Assembly (NCBI GenBank): GCA_030390025.1
Contig: CM059432.1
Span: forward strand, 48,796,001-48,860,000
From: Squalus acanthias
Lineage: Eukaryota
Reading direction: 5' to 3'
DNA: 64,000 bases
The notes beneath the pieces were generated by a model, which worked only from the letters and a program-made list of their open reading frames with translations, was not told where the DNA came from and did no database searches. The translations under genes and the position numbers were made by a program. Every line of letters begins with the position of its first letter. The first letter of the stretch is position 1. Below are positions 36,257-49,109 of the stretch, piece after piece.

Positions 36257-37364
36257 GGGGGAAATTTTAAACTAAAAAAATGGGTGGGTTGGGGCTTTGA
36301 GTTAGTTGAAGTGTTAAAAATTGGAATCCAGACCTGAAACCGCCTCCAACCCGCCTACTTCCCCTTTTAACATGGGCGGGACGGGGGGGCGGGCAGCCAT
36401 TCCGCTGCAAGGAGGTGGGTTGTCAATTTAAATATTATAATGAGGCTGGAAGCCTCTTCCTTAACTTCCATTTTGTATTTAACTTTAGCTGGTCAGGATT
36501 TGCACACCTCGTGGAACCCTCCAGCTAAAGCAAGGCGAGGACTGCTGGATCCTGGAGGTAAGTGCCTTTACACTTACCTCCTGAATCCGGGGTCCCTGCC
36601 TAACCCACCCCCTGCGATCGGAGATCCCCACGAGGCCTCCACTTCCCCCTCCCAGGCCTCTGATTCCCCCCACCTCAGGCCTCCGAGCACCCCCCACCCC
36701 AGGCCACTAATCCCCCTCCCCCCGGCCTCCGATTCCCACCCCCGCAAGGCCTCCACCCACCCTATGCTGCTCCTGTTCCACGATCCCTTCAGATCCCCCT
36801 CCCGTGCTGCTGCTGCACCCTGCAGCTCCGATCCTCATCGGATCGCCCCCCCCGCAACCCCCACCCCCCGCTGATGCTGCCGACCCCGATCCATATTGGA
36901 CCCCCCCACCAGCTGCTGCTGCCGCCCCTGATCCCCATTGGACCCCCCCACCAGCTGCTGCTGCCACCCCAATCTGACCCCCCCCCCCCCCGCCACTGCC
37001 TCCAATTCTTATCAGACCCCACCCTGCTGCCACTGCGCGGCCCCCAATTCTCATCCAACCCCACTCCCTGCGGCCCCCGACCCTCATCAGACCCTCCCCC
37101 TGCTGCTGCTTACCGCCACCCCCCCCCCCCCACACACAATTCCTCCCTTCCTCCTCTGTTGTGTGGTATAGTGCCGCAGGCCTACCCCCCGCCCCCCACC
37201 CCCCCCCGCCCCGGGAGCCAGCCAGCCTCTCAATCTAGCTGGCTGCGGGTGGGAAACAGAGGCTTCCCATTCAAATCAGCTCCTGCCCTTAAATTCTGGT
37301 TTCCCGATAGCCTCGGAGCCCCCCACCCCCGCTCCCAACCCACCTTCCCCATTAAAATTCAGCC
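36257..37364. mobile_element. Harbinger-like non-autonomous element with C-rich internal minisatellite
   Basis: Ends gggggaaattttaa / ttaaaattcagcc; TSD ATT at 36254-36256 and 37365-37367; left part homologous (inverted) to 61215-61494. Confidence 0.75.
36600..37210 (+). repeat. C-rich degenerate tandem repeat
   Basis: Recurrent units such as gatcc...attggacccccccaccagctgctgctgcc (~42 bp, 36888-36970) and poly-C runs. Confidence 0.8.
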
Positions 37365-39433
37365 ATTAGTTGCAGCTGTAACATTGGTGCAGTAAATACA
37401 TTTATAAAACCAATTAAAAAAGACCCTAGTGCAGAAGCAACAATGAGAAGAAAGTGCTCTTGTCTGCAAGCAGAAGCACACTTGATACTCGGACAGCTCT
37501 ACTGTGACAGAATTTCTGAACACGTCTGCTGAAAAATTACCATCTACACTTAAATTTCCGTGTTATGTTTTCTAACAAGAAACCTCAGGGTTAACGACTG
37601 TGTGCAATGATGCAGGAATAACTATATTTCACATGAGTGGCCAACTTTTGGATTGGAGGACTTCTCCAGAAAAGGACTTGTAATTGCAAACATGACTGAA
37701 GCAAGAGGCATGAGTAAAAAAAAAATCAGAACAGGCAGTCATGGAGTGAGGATAGTGTACAGTGGGACATCTGCCCAACATAAAGTGCACATCTGTTCCC
37801 ACTGGATCTTCCGATTTGACCCCTAATTATGTGTGTGAGATGAGCTTCTGCCCACATGGGCACATGCATGACGGTAGGATTTCTGAGCACTGTTGCTGTT
37901 ATTTAAAGGAGTGTAACGCTGAAGTATAGAATACATTTTTCCTTTGCCGTACTGCAGACAGGGATAATACTATAGAATCTGAAGTAAAAATGAAATGACA
38001 ACTGGGTGACCATATAGTTAGAAAAAAAAGAAACCGATTGCACGGTTTTGCCTACATGAGAGACAAAGCACAAGGTTCTAAACATAGTGCTCTGAGGCAT
38101 TTAATGTTGTAATGATGCTCAGGTTCAGCATCTACCAATTACTTGAAATAACTTGTTTGCATTTTGCACTGAAAAACAGATTCCCTTTAGAACTGAAATT
38201 TTGAAAGAGTGCAGATTCCTTAAAAAGTAGATCGCGAAGGATTTGGGGAGTAAGTTACTGAAAAAGTCCTATATAAGATTTTCCCTACAAAGAAAATACA
38301 TCGATCAGAGAAATTAGAGAAATGTTTCGAAATTCAAGTCAATAAATCCTCTCAATTAAACTCTCATTTCATATGAAATATAGGGAAGGGGTTTAAATAA
38401 TCACATGACTTCTCACCAATGGAGGATTACTGAAAGTGAACGGCCATATTTGTGGAGTAATCCTTTGAGGTCCTGGTGCATGCAGTGAGGCAAAAGTGGG
38501 TTGCCTCAGTTGGCACTCAAGAGCACCCTCCCTAGAGTTGTCTGAAATGACAGACAGAAGATAGTTGGCAGGGTGATTGTTGTCTGCAACACTCAGTAAA
38601 CCTTGCTGCAAATGTGGGAGAAGATGGTAGACCGGATGAAAGATGCCACGGTAATGCTACCCAGCAGATTCTAATAGCAAGTATCTATCCCAAGTATGCA
38701 TGCTATAAAGTGTGTCCTCAGAACCCGTTACTCTCTACTGCACATCCCTCAAAAGATGTCAGAAAACTTTACAACCTTTTGAATTTTTAGTATACATGAC
38801 TATGCAGCCACATGGCACTCATACTGGATGCCCATTACAGTTGAAGCTGCTGTCACACTGAAAACTCAACATTACTTCCCATAGCAAATCCTGGCAACAC
38901 ACCCCAGCTGTATGATCCATTTTCAGTTCAGGAAGACCTGCCTGTATGATAGGATGGATTCCATCAAAACCCCGTGCACTTTGTGAATTTGGGTAGCCAT
39001 GTTATGATCCTGTTGCTATTCAATGTTAAATGCAATGGAAGTGCTGGCTCTGTGAGCAATGCACCAGTTACTTGTTTCTTATATCTGTGGGCAGCAAATT
39101 AGCTGATACTGTGATGATCCCTATGCTAGCCTAAAAGCAGGTAGAGGCATAACAGGGGGGATGTAATGTTAACTGACAGTGCTGTCATTATGATGGATGC
39201 TGGCTGCAATTATCCTTATATCAATGGCACAGCTCTATAACAGTCTCTGTGTTTGCCAGGTAGGTGTGCCAGGGCATACAGCTGTGACTGATGGCATAAT
39301 GGTGGGTGAGGGCAGTCCTGATCTGGTGTCTGCTACTCTCATTGGGCTGCCTTCTTTGACTGTCTTGATCTGCTAGGAGTGCTTTGAGAGCAAACCCCAT
39401 ATTTGTGGAAAAATACTGTTTTTGAAAGAAAAA

Positions 39434-40130
39434 CATTGCCAAATCCCCCACCATCAATATCCTGGGGGGGTCACCATTGACCAGAAACTTAACTGGACCA
39501 GCCATATAAATACTGTGGCAACAAGAGCAGGTCAGAGGCTAGGTATTCTGCGGCGAGTGTCTCACCTCCTGACTCCCCAAAGCCTTTCCACAATCCACAA
39601 GGCACAAGTAAGGAGTGTGATGGAATACTCTCCACTTGCCTGGATGAGTGCATCTCCAACAACACTCAAGAAGCTCGACACCATCCAGGACAAAGCAGCC
39701 CGCTTGATTGGCACCCCATCCACCACCTTAAACATTCACTGCCTCCACCACCGGCGTACCGTGGCTGCAGTGTGTACCATCTACAAGATGCACTGCAGCA
39801 ACTCGCCAAGGCTTCTTTGGCAGCACCTCCCAAACCCGCAACCTCTACCACCTAGAAGGACAAGGGCAGCAGGCGCATGGGAACACCACCACCTCCAAGT
39901 TCCCTCCAAGTCACACACCATCCTGACTTGGAAATATATCGCCGTTCCTTCATCATCGCTGGGTCAAAATCCTGGAACTCCCTCCCTAACAGCACCATGG
40001 GTGTACCTTCACCACATGGACCGCAGCGGTTCAAGAAGGCTCACCACCACCTTCTCAAGGGCAATTAGGAATGGGCAATAAATGCTGGCCTTGCCAGCGA
40101 CGCCAACATCCCAGGAACGAATCAAAAATA
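39434..40130 (+). mobile_element. Family-B LINE 3' fragment
   Basis: ORF 39422-40081 (VTIDQKLNWTSHI...YSPLAWM) and characteristic tail. Confidence 0.92.
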
Positions 40131-41906
40131 ACACATGCGAGGAGCTCATGGACTTCTTTGTCACTAAGATTAAGACCATCTGTTTAGCTGCTTCTGCCAC
40201 AACGTTCCTTTCCTCCAGCCCACCGGGCCAAACTTCCCCTAAGGTTTCCCCCTGCCATAGCCCTGAACTCTCATCTTTCTTTAGTTTCGCTCCTATATCC
40301 CTTCATGCCCTCTCCGAGCTTATCTTGTCCATGAGACCTACCATTTGCTCCCTTGACCGTATTCCCACCAAACCGTTGACCACCTAACTTCCATTCCTGG
40401 CCCCCTATTGTTAATGGTTCTCTCTCCTCAGGTACTGTCCCCATACCCTTCAAGTCTGCGTCATCACCCCTCTCCTCAAAAGACCCACCCACCCATGACC
40501 CCTCTTGCCCCATCTCCAACTTCCCTTTTCTCTCCAAAGTCCTTGAACGCGTTGTCACCTCCCAAATCCGTGCCCATCTTTCCCGCAACTCCATGTTTAA
40601 ATCCGTTCAGTCAGCAGTGAAACGGCCCTGAGCGAAGTTACAAATGACATCCTATGTGACTGTGACAAAGGTAAACTATCCCTCCTCATCCTTCTCGACT
40701 TGTCTGCAGTCTTTGACACAGTTGACCACACCATTCTCCTCCAACACCTCTGCTCCATTGTCCAGCTGGGTGGGACTGCCCTTGCATGGTTCCATTCTTA
40801 TCTATCCAATCGTAGCCAGATAATCACCTGCAACGGCTTCTCTTCCCGCTCCCACACCGTTAACTCTGGAATCCCCTTCGGATTTATCCTTGGCCCCCTC
40901 CTATTTCTCATCTACATTTTGGCCCTTGGCCACATTATCCGAAAACATAATGTCAGGTTCCACATGTACGCTGACATCACTTAGCTCTACTTCACCATCA
41001 CCTCTCTCGACCCCTTCACTGCCTCTGATTTGTTACACTGCTTGTCCAACATCCAGTATTGGATGAGCAGAAAGTTCCTCCAACTAAATATTGGGAAGTC
41101 CAAAGCCATCGTCTTCAGTCCCCACCACAAACTCCATTCTCTAGCCACCGATTCCATCTCTCTCCCTGGCAACTGTCTGAGGCTGAACCACACGGTTCGC
41201 AACCTTGGTGTCATATTTGACCCAGAGATGAGCTTCCAACCACATATCCGCTCCATCACCAAAACCGCCTACTTCCACCTCTGTAACACTGCCCCAGTCT
41301 GCCCAGCCTCATCTAGTGTGCTGCTGAAACCCTCATCCATGCCTTTGTTACCTCTAGACTTGACCATTCCAATGCTCTTCTGGCTAGCCTCCCACCTTGC
41401 ACCCTCCTTAAACTTGAGCTCATCCAAAACTCTGCTGCCCATCTTCTAACTTGCACCAAGTATGCTTCAGCCATCACCCCTGTGCTCGCTAACTGGTCCG
41501 GCAATTCTTGATTTTAAAATTCTCATCCTTATTTTCAAATCCCTCCATGGCCTCGCCCCTACCTATCTCTGTAATCAGCTCTACAACCCACTGAGATCTC
41601 TACGCTCCTCTAATTCTGGCCTCTTGCGCATCCCCGATTTTAATTGCTCCACCACTGGCAGCCGTGCTTTCAGCTGGCTAGGCCCTAAGCTCTGAAATTC
41701 CCTCCCTAAACCTCTTCGTCTCTCTACCTCTCTCTCCTCCTTTAAGACGCTCCTTAAAATGTACCTCTTTGACCAAGCTTTTGGTCATCTGTCCGAATAC
41801 TTCTTTATGTGGCTCGTGTCAAATTTTGTTTGATAATTCTCCTGTGAGGCCTTTTGGGACATTTTATTACTTTAAAGGCGCTACATTAATTTAAGCTGTT
41901 GTTGTT
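40131..41906 (+). mobile_element. L2 LINE RT and 3' end, degenerate
   Basis: LDLSAVFDTVDH, LGPLLFLIY, FHMYAD, WMSRKFLQLNIGK and NLGVIFD motifs; (GTT)n tail at ~41897-41906. Confidence 0.92.
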
Positions 41907-42204
41907 TCAGTCGTGGACGTGTACATTACATAAAAGCTGTAGTTCACTTGAGCACACAGCAAAGCCACATGTACTTTATTGGATTTGGCCTATTGATAGC
42001 AATTATAGATATATCTTCACTGACAGCATGTGTCAGTGTTTAAAATAGATTTTTTTGATGTATTTTGCTCTGCCAGAAATCCTGCATTGCTATTTATTTT
42101 TCCTATTCTGTTTTTACATGTGGGTTTCTCTGGAGGAAATGGTGCCGCACTGGTTCAAATCTTTAGTTCAGTTGTGTATTTTTGTAAAGTCCTTAAACTA
42201 TTTT

Positions 42205-42345
42205 TTCAAGGGAATTGGACAGTTGCTTTAAAAAGGGGAATATTAAAGGGAATACGGCAAGCAGGAGAGTGGGATTAGGCTAGATGGTACATGTGGAGGC
42301 TTGATAAGTTGCATGGTCTGTTTCTGTGCTTAACAGTCTATGATT
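42205..42345 (+). mobile_element. Degraded CR1 3' tail
   Basis: ttcaaggggaattggac...aagggaatacggcaagcaggagagtgggattag...tggtctgtttctgtgct...ctatgatt. Confidence 0.55.
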
Positions 42346-42349
42346 TAAT

Positions 42350-42735
42350 GGGGTAGATTTTCTCCCGGGCCCTGTTCAGATGGACTGCCAGCAGATCGAG
42401 CCGGCCGGCTGCCTAATAATCCTGACAGGAGACGCGTCCCTTTTGAGGACGGGGCCTTATTGCTGTAGACCTGGTGGGCTACAGGCAGAAAATAAGCACC
42501 CAAGGCAGCCCACCCTCCGTCTCTGGGTCACCACAACATGGGTCCCACGTAGGTCATAGGACCCAATTTCTATAATGAATGGGCCTACCACCTGACTTAA
42601 GCTCCAAACCCCCTACCCCAGTGAAAATAGGGACGGCTACACCCTCGGCGGGAACAGGGCGGTAAGTTGTGCCCCATCAGTTTCGGGATGCTAGCACCCC
42701 CTTTCCACCAGGCGAGAGGCTTCAAAATTTCCTCC
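42350..42735. mobile_element. Harbinger-like MITE
   Basis: Ends ggggtagatttt / aaaatttcctcc; TSD AAT at 42347-42349 and 42736-42738. Confidence 0.7.
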
Positions 42736-42858
42736 AATTTAATATATATGTTCTTTGTAATTGATTCAGAATTAGGCTAACAACTGAATTGCTCTAGATC
42801 GAATTCACCTATTTTTCTCTTTTTAAATTTGCACTTATATTCTACTGGTAAAGGTGTT

Positions 42859-43617
42859 GGCCCAGATTTTGTGCCTATAATGACAATGAAACTGTCAGCA
42901 TTCGCTGTCATTACCCTGTGAAACTGACAGCAACTTCTGGCGTCCACACATGCGCAGTTAAAACACGGAAATCCAGAAGTTGCCGTCAGTGATTCCCTGC
43001 TCCTCCACAGGGTGCACTGTTTAAGTCTCTGCAGATGACAATCTTTGAGAAATCACTGAATTGATGAGAACTTCCCCTTTTATGCTGTAATATCGCTGTT
43101 AAAAATATCCATGAAAGGTTAAGCCTTATTCCATGAGGTGTAACTGGGTTTTTAACAGTGTACTAAGTCATAATTACTACTGAACAACCTCTCTGGCCTT
43201 GAAAAACTAACACTATATTTGTGGAATGTCAATTTTTTCCATTATGATAAAATACTTTTTTAATATAATAAAAATTATTATTTTTAAGTTTGTTTGTGAT
43301 ATTTCAGCTTCTACCTTAATTCCATGTGTATGTCCCAATCTTTATTTTGCTCCCTGTAAAATTTATAAAAAGTGAAGGATAATCAGTGCATTTTACTTCC
43401 TGGTTTGCTGTCTGTAAGAATTCTTCAATGTGATTGCCCGCTTAGCCTGCATGATGACATCACTGTTGCTGGATGCTTGAGATCCCCTATAAATGGCGCC
43501 AGAATCAAATTAATGTTGGGAAAGGTAAAATTAACCCCACAGGGATCGCTAGATCTTTGTGGGCAGCTTTTTGCGAGGTCAGCAGTGAGCGCCGTCACTA
43601 ATCGCAAAATCCGGGTC
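42859..43617. mobile_element. Harbinger-like MITE
   Basis: TIRs ggcccagattttgtg / cgcaaaatccgggtc; TSD GTT at 42856-42858 and 43618-43620. Confidence 0.82.
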
Positions 43618-43988
43618 GTTGAATAACAATAATATTCTGCATGGAAATTGTTCTTTTTTCAAACTTCTCTTTACTCTTTTTTTTAACAAAAAGTTATTTA
43701 TTTCTCTATTCGTTTTAGGTTGTACTACAGCACATTGATGAGAGTACAAAGAGATGACCTACTCTATCCAGCTCGAGTCAGGCACTCGGTGTTGTGTTGG
43801 CAACATCCAGGGAGGTAGAGGGAAGGTGACTCGCCTGCCTTTTATGTATGAACCACATAACACTATCATGGGACAGCACAGTTAGGAGTAACAACTGATC
43901 ATGTGGGGAACTATGGGCAGGAATCTTCACTCTACTATTCTCTGGGACACCAACGTGCAACACGTCCCATGGAAAGATGCTTTTTAAG

Positions 43989-44772
43989 ACAACAACTTGC
44001 ATTTATATAGCGCCTTTAATGTAATAAAATGTCCCAAGGCACTTCACAGGATTGTTATCAAACAAAATTTGACACCGAGCCACATAAGGAGATATTAGAT
44101 AAGGCAGATGACCAAAAGCTTGGTAAAAGAGGTAGGTTTTAAACAGTGTCTTAAAAGGAGAGAACGGTAGAGAGCTTAAGGCCTAAGCAGCTGAAAGCAC
44201 GGCGCCAATGTTGGATCGATTAAAATTGGGGATGCGCAAGGGACCAGAGTTGGAGGATCGCAGAGATCTCGGAGGGTTGTAGGGCTGGAGGAGGTTACAA
44301 AGATAGGGAGGGACGAGACCATGGAGGGATTTGAAAACAAGGATGAGAATTTTAAAATCGAGGCATTGCCGTATCAGGAGCCAATGTAGGTCAGGGAGCA
44401 CAGGGGTGATGGGTGAACGAGATTTGTGTAAGTTAGGATATGGGCAGCAGAGTTTTGGATGAGCTCAAGTTTACGAAAGGTGCAAGGTGGGAGGCCAGCC
44501 AAGAGAGCATTGGAATAGTCAAGTCTAGAGGTAACAAAGGCATGGATGAGGGTTTCAGCAGCAGATGAGCTGAGGCAAAGGCGGAGTCAAGCGATGTTCT
44601 GGAGATGGAAATAAGCCATCTTGGTGTTTGCATGGATATGTGGTCGGAAGCTCATCCCTGGGTCAATTATGAAACCAAGGTTGCGAACGGTCTGGTTCAG
44701 CCTCAGACATTTGCCAGGGAGAATGATGGGTTCGATGGCTAGGGAGTGGATTTTGTGGCAGGGACATTAGAC
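43989..44772 (-). mobile_element. L2 LINE 3' fragment
   Basis: acaacaacttgcatttatatagcg tail; LHWLLIRQCLDFKILILVFKSLHGLVPPYL remnant. Confidence 0.9.
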
Positions 44773-46414
44773 AGAACAGCATATCTCTGGGGAAATCTCT
44801 GTCCAATGATTTGATTTCACTTTAACAGTGAGCCTTGTGTATATTTGAATAGATTAAGAGTACTGTAACTACAAAATCGGTTACTGAAACTGATATAACA
44901 ATCATCCAAGGAAACAACTGGAATTTAATAATGTCACAAATGCAAAAAGGACTAGTGTATGTTAGTCCCTGTATTAAATATGAATCATAAGAATCCCCAA
45001 AGAATGGATTTCAGCATGCCGGGAAATTGCTTATGAGGGAAATGCTCATCCGTTCATGATTAATTCATGCAACTAAACTGTAACGCATTCAAAAGTGCTT
45101 TATGTGGCAGACTTAATATTATTGGTTTTCTGAGCACTCTTGAATAAAATGACAGCTATGGTCACATAATGGAGTGCCTTGAAAAAGAAGCTTTTGCTGG
45201 AGGTGGGTTTTAATTAAGCAAACATGGACGCTACACTGAGCTACCCAGAAACAAATCAATGTCGATATTTGAAAAATAATGATTTTTTTCCCCCAAAACA
45301 AATACACAACAAAAATGATAAAATAATAGTTTGGGGACCTCAGGGCCACTGAGAAGACACAATATAAACATCAAAGTCCTTCCAACTACAGGATGGTGTG
45401 GTCTGTGCTTTCACAGCACGTCAGCCCTCAGGCTTTATTTTAAGCAGTAAAAACAGTGCCATAAACATGTTTAACACCATTTGGGGCTGGCACCAAGTAT
45501 CAAATATATGTTGAAAAAAAATTGGCAATGTTAACCAATCTCTTGCTTTTCACAGAAAAAGGTGGATGCCAATTATATCGCTGATAGGGTTTTCTGAACA
45601 TCAATTACTGAGTGGATTTTTCCCTCATTGACGATTAAAGTATCAATCAATGTCATTAAACATGTCCAATATTTTTAGCAAGTGCTATTTTAAGAAAATA
45701 TGCAAATTTCACAAACTGCTGCCTGTAAAGTTGCTGAGTACATTAAAAATTTGAAAAAATTACAAACTGCAACCTCGAAAAACTCTATTAGAAAGATAAT
45801 GAGAGAGACAGATTTAGGTGGAACATTCTTTTTAGACTAGAAGGGAGCGCTTGATGAATGCAAAACTTGTGCCCAGATGTGATTTGTGTTTTCTTAAGTT
45901 TCCATCACAGAAAATAATGGTATCACATTTTAGAGAGGAAATGATTCATAGTCGCTGTATTTCCACTGCTTAGGACTAATTAAATTAGTGCTACTATGGT
46001 AATTCACAGATTTAGCCATTTAAAGGACTAAAATAGTATTGAAGTGAGAGACAGACTCTACTGTGAAGTAGTTGCATGTCTGGTCAATTTTTAATGCTAT
46101 GTTGTGAATGATTTTAATATACAATAAATTGATGGGTTCTATGGGAAAGGGTTATATTTACATTTTTTTAAATTTTATGTTCAAAGTAACTTGTGGTGAA
46201 AGAAACCCCAATCTATACAATCAAAGAAAACAGAAGTATAGCCCCTATAATTATACGGTGGGATACAATTCAAAATGAAAAAAAAACACTTAATTCTGCT
46301 CACCTGCTGCCCTTTTCCCTTCCCAATGGAAATTAAAATTGGGAGAGATGTATGAGGGGTGGCAGAATCGATATCGATATCGCCCATTTTATGCTATCAC
46401 CCAAAGTCAAAAGG

Positions 46415-46730
46415 ACCTCCACTGTCTTTTGGATGAGACATTAAATTGAGGTCCTATCTGCCTTATCAGGTGGATGTAAAAGATCCCATGATACTATTCG
46501 AAGAAGAGAAAGGAAGTTCTCCTGATGTCCTGGCCAACGTTTATCCCTCAATGAACATCACTAAATTTGATTATCTGGTCATTTATCTCATTGCTGTTTG
46601 TGGGACCTTGCTGTGCTGCATTTCCCTATATTACAACAGTGACTGTCCTTCAAAAGTACTTTACTGGCTGTGAAGCACTTTGGGATGGCCTGAGATCATG
46701 AAAGGCCTTCTATAAATGTAACTTCTTTCA
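46415..46730 (+). mobile_element. 5'-truncated Deu-domain SINE
   Basis: Body and tail match 9780-10104. Confidence 0.8.
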
Positions 46731-46857
46731 AAGTTCTGACAAAAGGTCATCGACCTGAAACATTATCTCTTTCTCTCTCCACAGAGGCTGCCTGACTTGC
46801 TGAATATTTCCAGCATTTTCTGTTTTTATTTCCAATTTCCAGCATCCGCAGAAGTTT
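46731..46857 (+). mobile_element. Penelope-like element terminal remnant with degenerate hammerhead motif
   Basis: agttCTGACAAaaggtcatcgacctGAAAcatt; downstream sequence matches the arm at 47726-47826. Confidence 0.7.
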
Positions 46858-46889
46858 ACTTTCATAACTTCTTCCTTTGATTAACATGA

Positions 46890-47390
46890 AATCATAGAAT
46901 GCTACAGCACAGAAATAGGCCATTTGGCCCATCACTTCTGTACTTATGTTTTTCTCCACATAGGACACCCAGTCTAATGCTACTCTCCTACTCGCTTTCA
47001 TTACCTTTAACATTTCTTTTTAAGCAGCTATTGCATTCCCTTTTAAAAGTATCATGGACACTGTTTCAACAGCAGTTTGTGTCAGAGAATTCCACATTCT
47101 ATCCCTTCACTGTGTAAAGAAATTATTTCTAAATTCTCCCCTCCCCCTTGAATTCTTTTTATTTGTGTCCTTTTGCTACCATTTTGCCTTCCAGTGGATA
47201 CAATCGATCACCATTAACTTTATCGTAAATCCTCATAATCCTGAAGGCCTTTATCCGGTCAACCCTCAACCTTCTCAGTTCTGATGAGAAAAACCCTAGC
47301 TTCTCAAGTTTCTTCTCATAATTTTAACCATCTCTGGTAACTTCGTATTAAATCTATGCTGCACTTTTTCCATTCCGTTATGTGCTGAAG
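46890..47390 (-). mobile_element. Degraded CR1 3' fragment (donor copy of the duplicated block)
   Basis: atcatagaatgctacagcacagaaataggccatttggccc tail; NFFTQ...W coding remnant. Confidence 0.75.
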
Positions 47391-47518
47391 TCTTGGTGTG
47401 GAACTTGAACTCATAAACTTCTTATCTGGAGGGAAGAGTAGTGAATTGAAAGAAATATGAACCAATGAATAGAAAGCTGTAAAATCTGGTTTGCTTGAAA
47501 GTGCAAGCATGTCACAGG

Positions 47519-47980
47519 TAGGGTTGCCAACCTTCCAGGATTGTCCTGGAGTCTCCAAGAATTGAAGATTAATCTCCAGGACACAGCTGCAAGCAACCAG
47601 GAGAAAATTTAAAAGCAAAATACTGCGGATGCTGGAAATCTGAAATAAAAACAGAAAATGCTGGAAATACTCAGCAGGTCAGGCAGCATCTGTAGAGAGA
47701 GAAACAGAGTTAACGTTTCAGGTCGATGACGAAGGGTCATCAACCTGAAACGTTAACTCTGTTTCTCTCTTCACAGATGCTGCCTGACCTGCTGAGTATT
47801 TCCAGCATTTTCTGTTTTTATTTCAGGAGAAAATTTATATTGGCATTCAAAAATTGTGTGCTTTTTTCATTTTCTTTGAAGACTTTTGTTCATTAGTTAG
47901 AGTATATATTGGAAATGGAAAAAGGGCTGGGAGGCCACGTGATGTAACTTCCAGGAATACATCCAGAGCTGGCAACCCTA
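47519..47980. mobile_element. hAT-type MITE interrupted by a Penelope-derived palindrome
   Basis: TIRs TAGGGTTGCCA / TGGCAACCCTA; 8-bp TSD GTCACAGG (47511-47518) / ATCACAGG (47981-47988). Confidence 0.85.
47612..47826. mobile_element. Penelope-derived inverted-repeat insert (near-perfect hairpin)
   Basis: Arms 47640-47730 and 47736-47826 are reverse complements with few mismatches; flanked by the duplication (CAG)GAGAAAATTTA at 47598-47611 and 47824-47837. Confidence 0.85.
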
Positions 47981-49109
47981 ATCACAGGATAAGCTTTCAG
48001 TGAAAGTTTAACAAACCAAAAATCGAAGGCATAAAATTCATGCAATGAAACATCTTCTGTAGATAGTCTCTTCATGATCACAGTGCCTGTAAAGTGTTTC
48101 CATGAGAGAATGCTCTTATCATTTCCATTAAAATAATTACCCAGACAAAGATAAATGATATTCTGATATGCTGAATGCTGACTGTTGTCAAAGACGAGTG
48201 GTGGGGGAGGGGGAGCTAGTTTCATTTCTCTTCGTTTCTGCAGCACTGTGCCTCTCTGCTTTTTCAAATTGGTTACTGTCAGTGCAACTGAGCCAAGCCA
48301 TTACACTGCTCCATTTGGCCAAATTGCTTTCCATCAGTGTCATTCACTTTTGCCATTATTCTCATTGCTGCCTCCAGAAATAGTTTAATACAACAGACCC
48401 TTTCATAATGCGTTTTTGGGACGATGTACAGAAAGTGTGGAGGAGGGGATTTCTCTAGCTGCTCTGTTGGACACAGAGCTGTGAACTATGCATGTTTTCC
48501 CAAAGATCATGGCACTAGAGAGCATCACAAGATGCTACTTTCCCTCTGTTGGATCATTTACAAATGTTCTGCTCCAAAGTGAAAAAAATTATTTAACCCT
48601 TAAGAGTGTGGTCAAACTTACTTGTTTGCCTCACCGTTGGATTGCAGGGACTGCTAGTGATTACCTGAGAAGAACCCTTTACATAAAGATAAACCTGGTT
48701 CTGTCAATGATGCAACCATGTAAATCTTAAAACTTAGGGCTTGAAGGCACTTCTTACACTACAGGATTTCAACTAGAGATAGACATGTGGTTTTCCCATC
48801 GTCGGCATCAATCTGAAGCGTAAACGAGTTGAAGTTTGGTTTTAGCGAATTAAGCTTAGGGAGCTTATTCTCCATCTTTATACCCTGTATCTCTGTAGTA
48901 CATGGTGGAACCCAGCACGCTGACTTCAATTGGACCAGAAGCGGGTGTAAAAGTAGAAGAGCGGCACATGGAAGTCTCTCTCCTGAAGCAGGATTCCCGA
49001 TCGAGCACAGAAGTGAAATAGCAGTTAGGCTGGTTTAGCAATCACTCCTTATGTTCAATTTGCAGCCAATGAAAACCCAACTTTTTGGAACTTGTTCCCA
49101 TTTCTAAAT

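Noticed and set aside
36440..37395. Pro/Gly-rich ORFs of 140-173 aa
   Set aside because: By-products of the C-rich minisatellite inside a non-autonomous transposon
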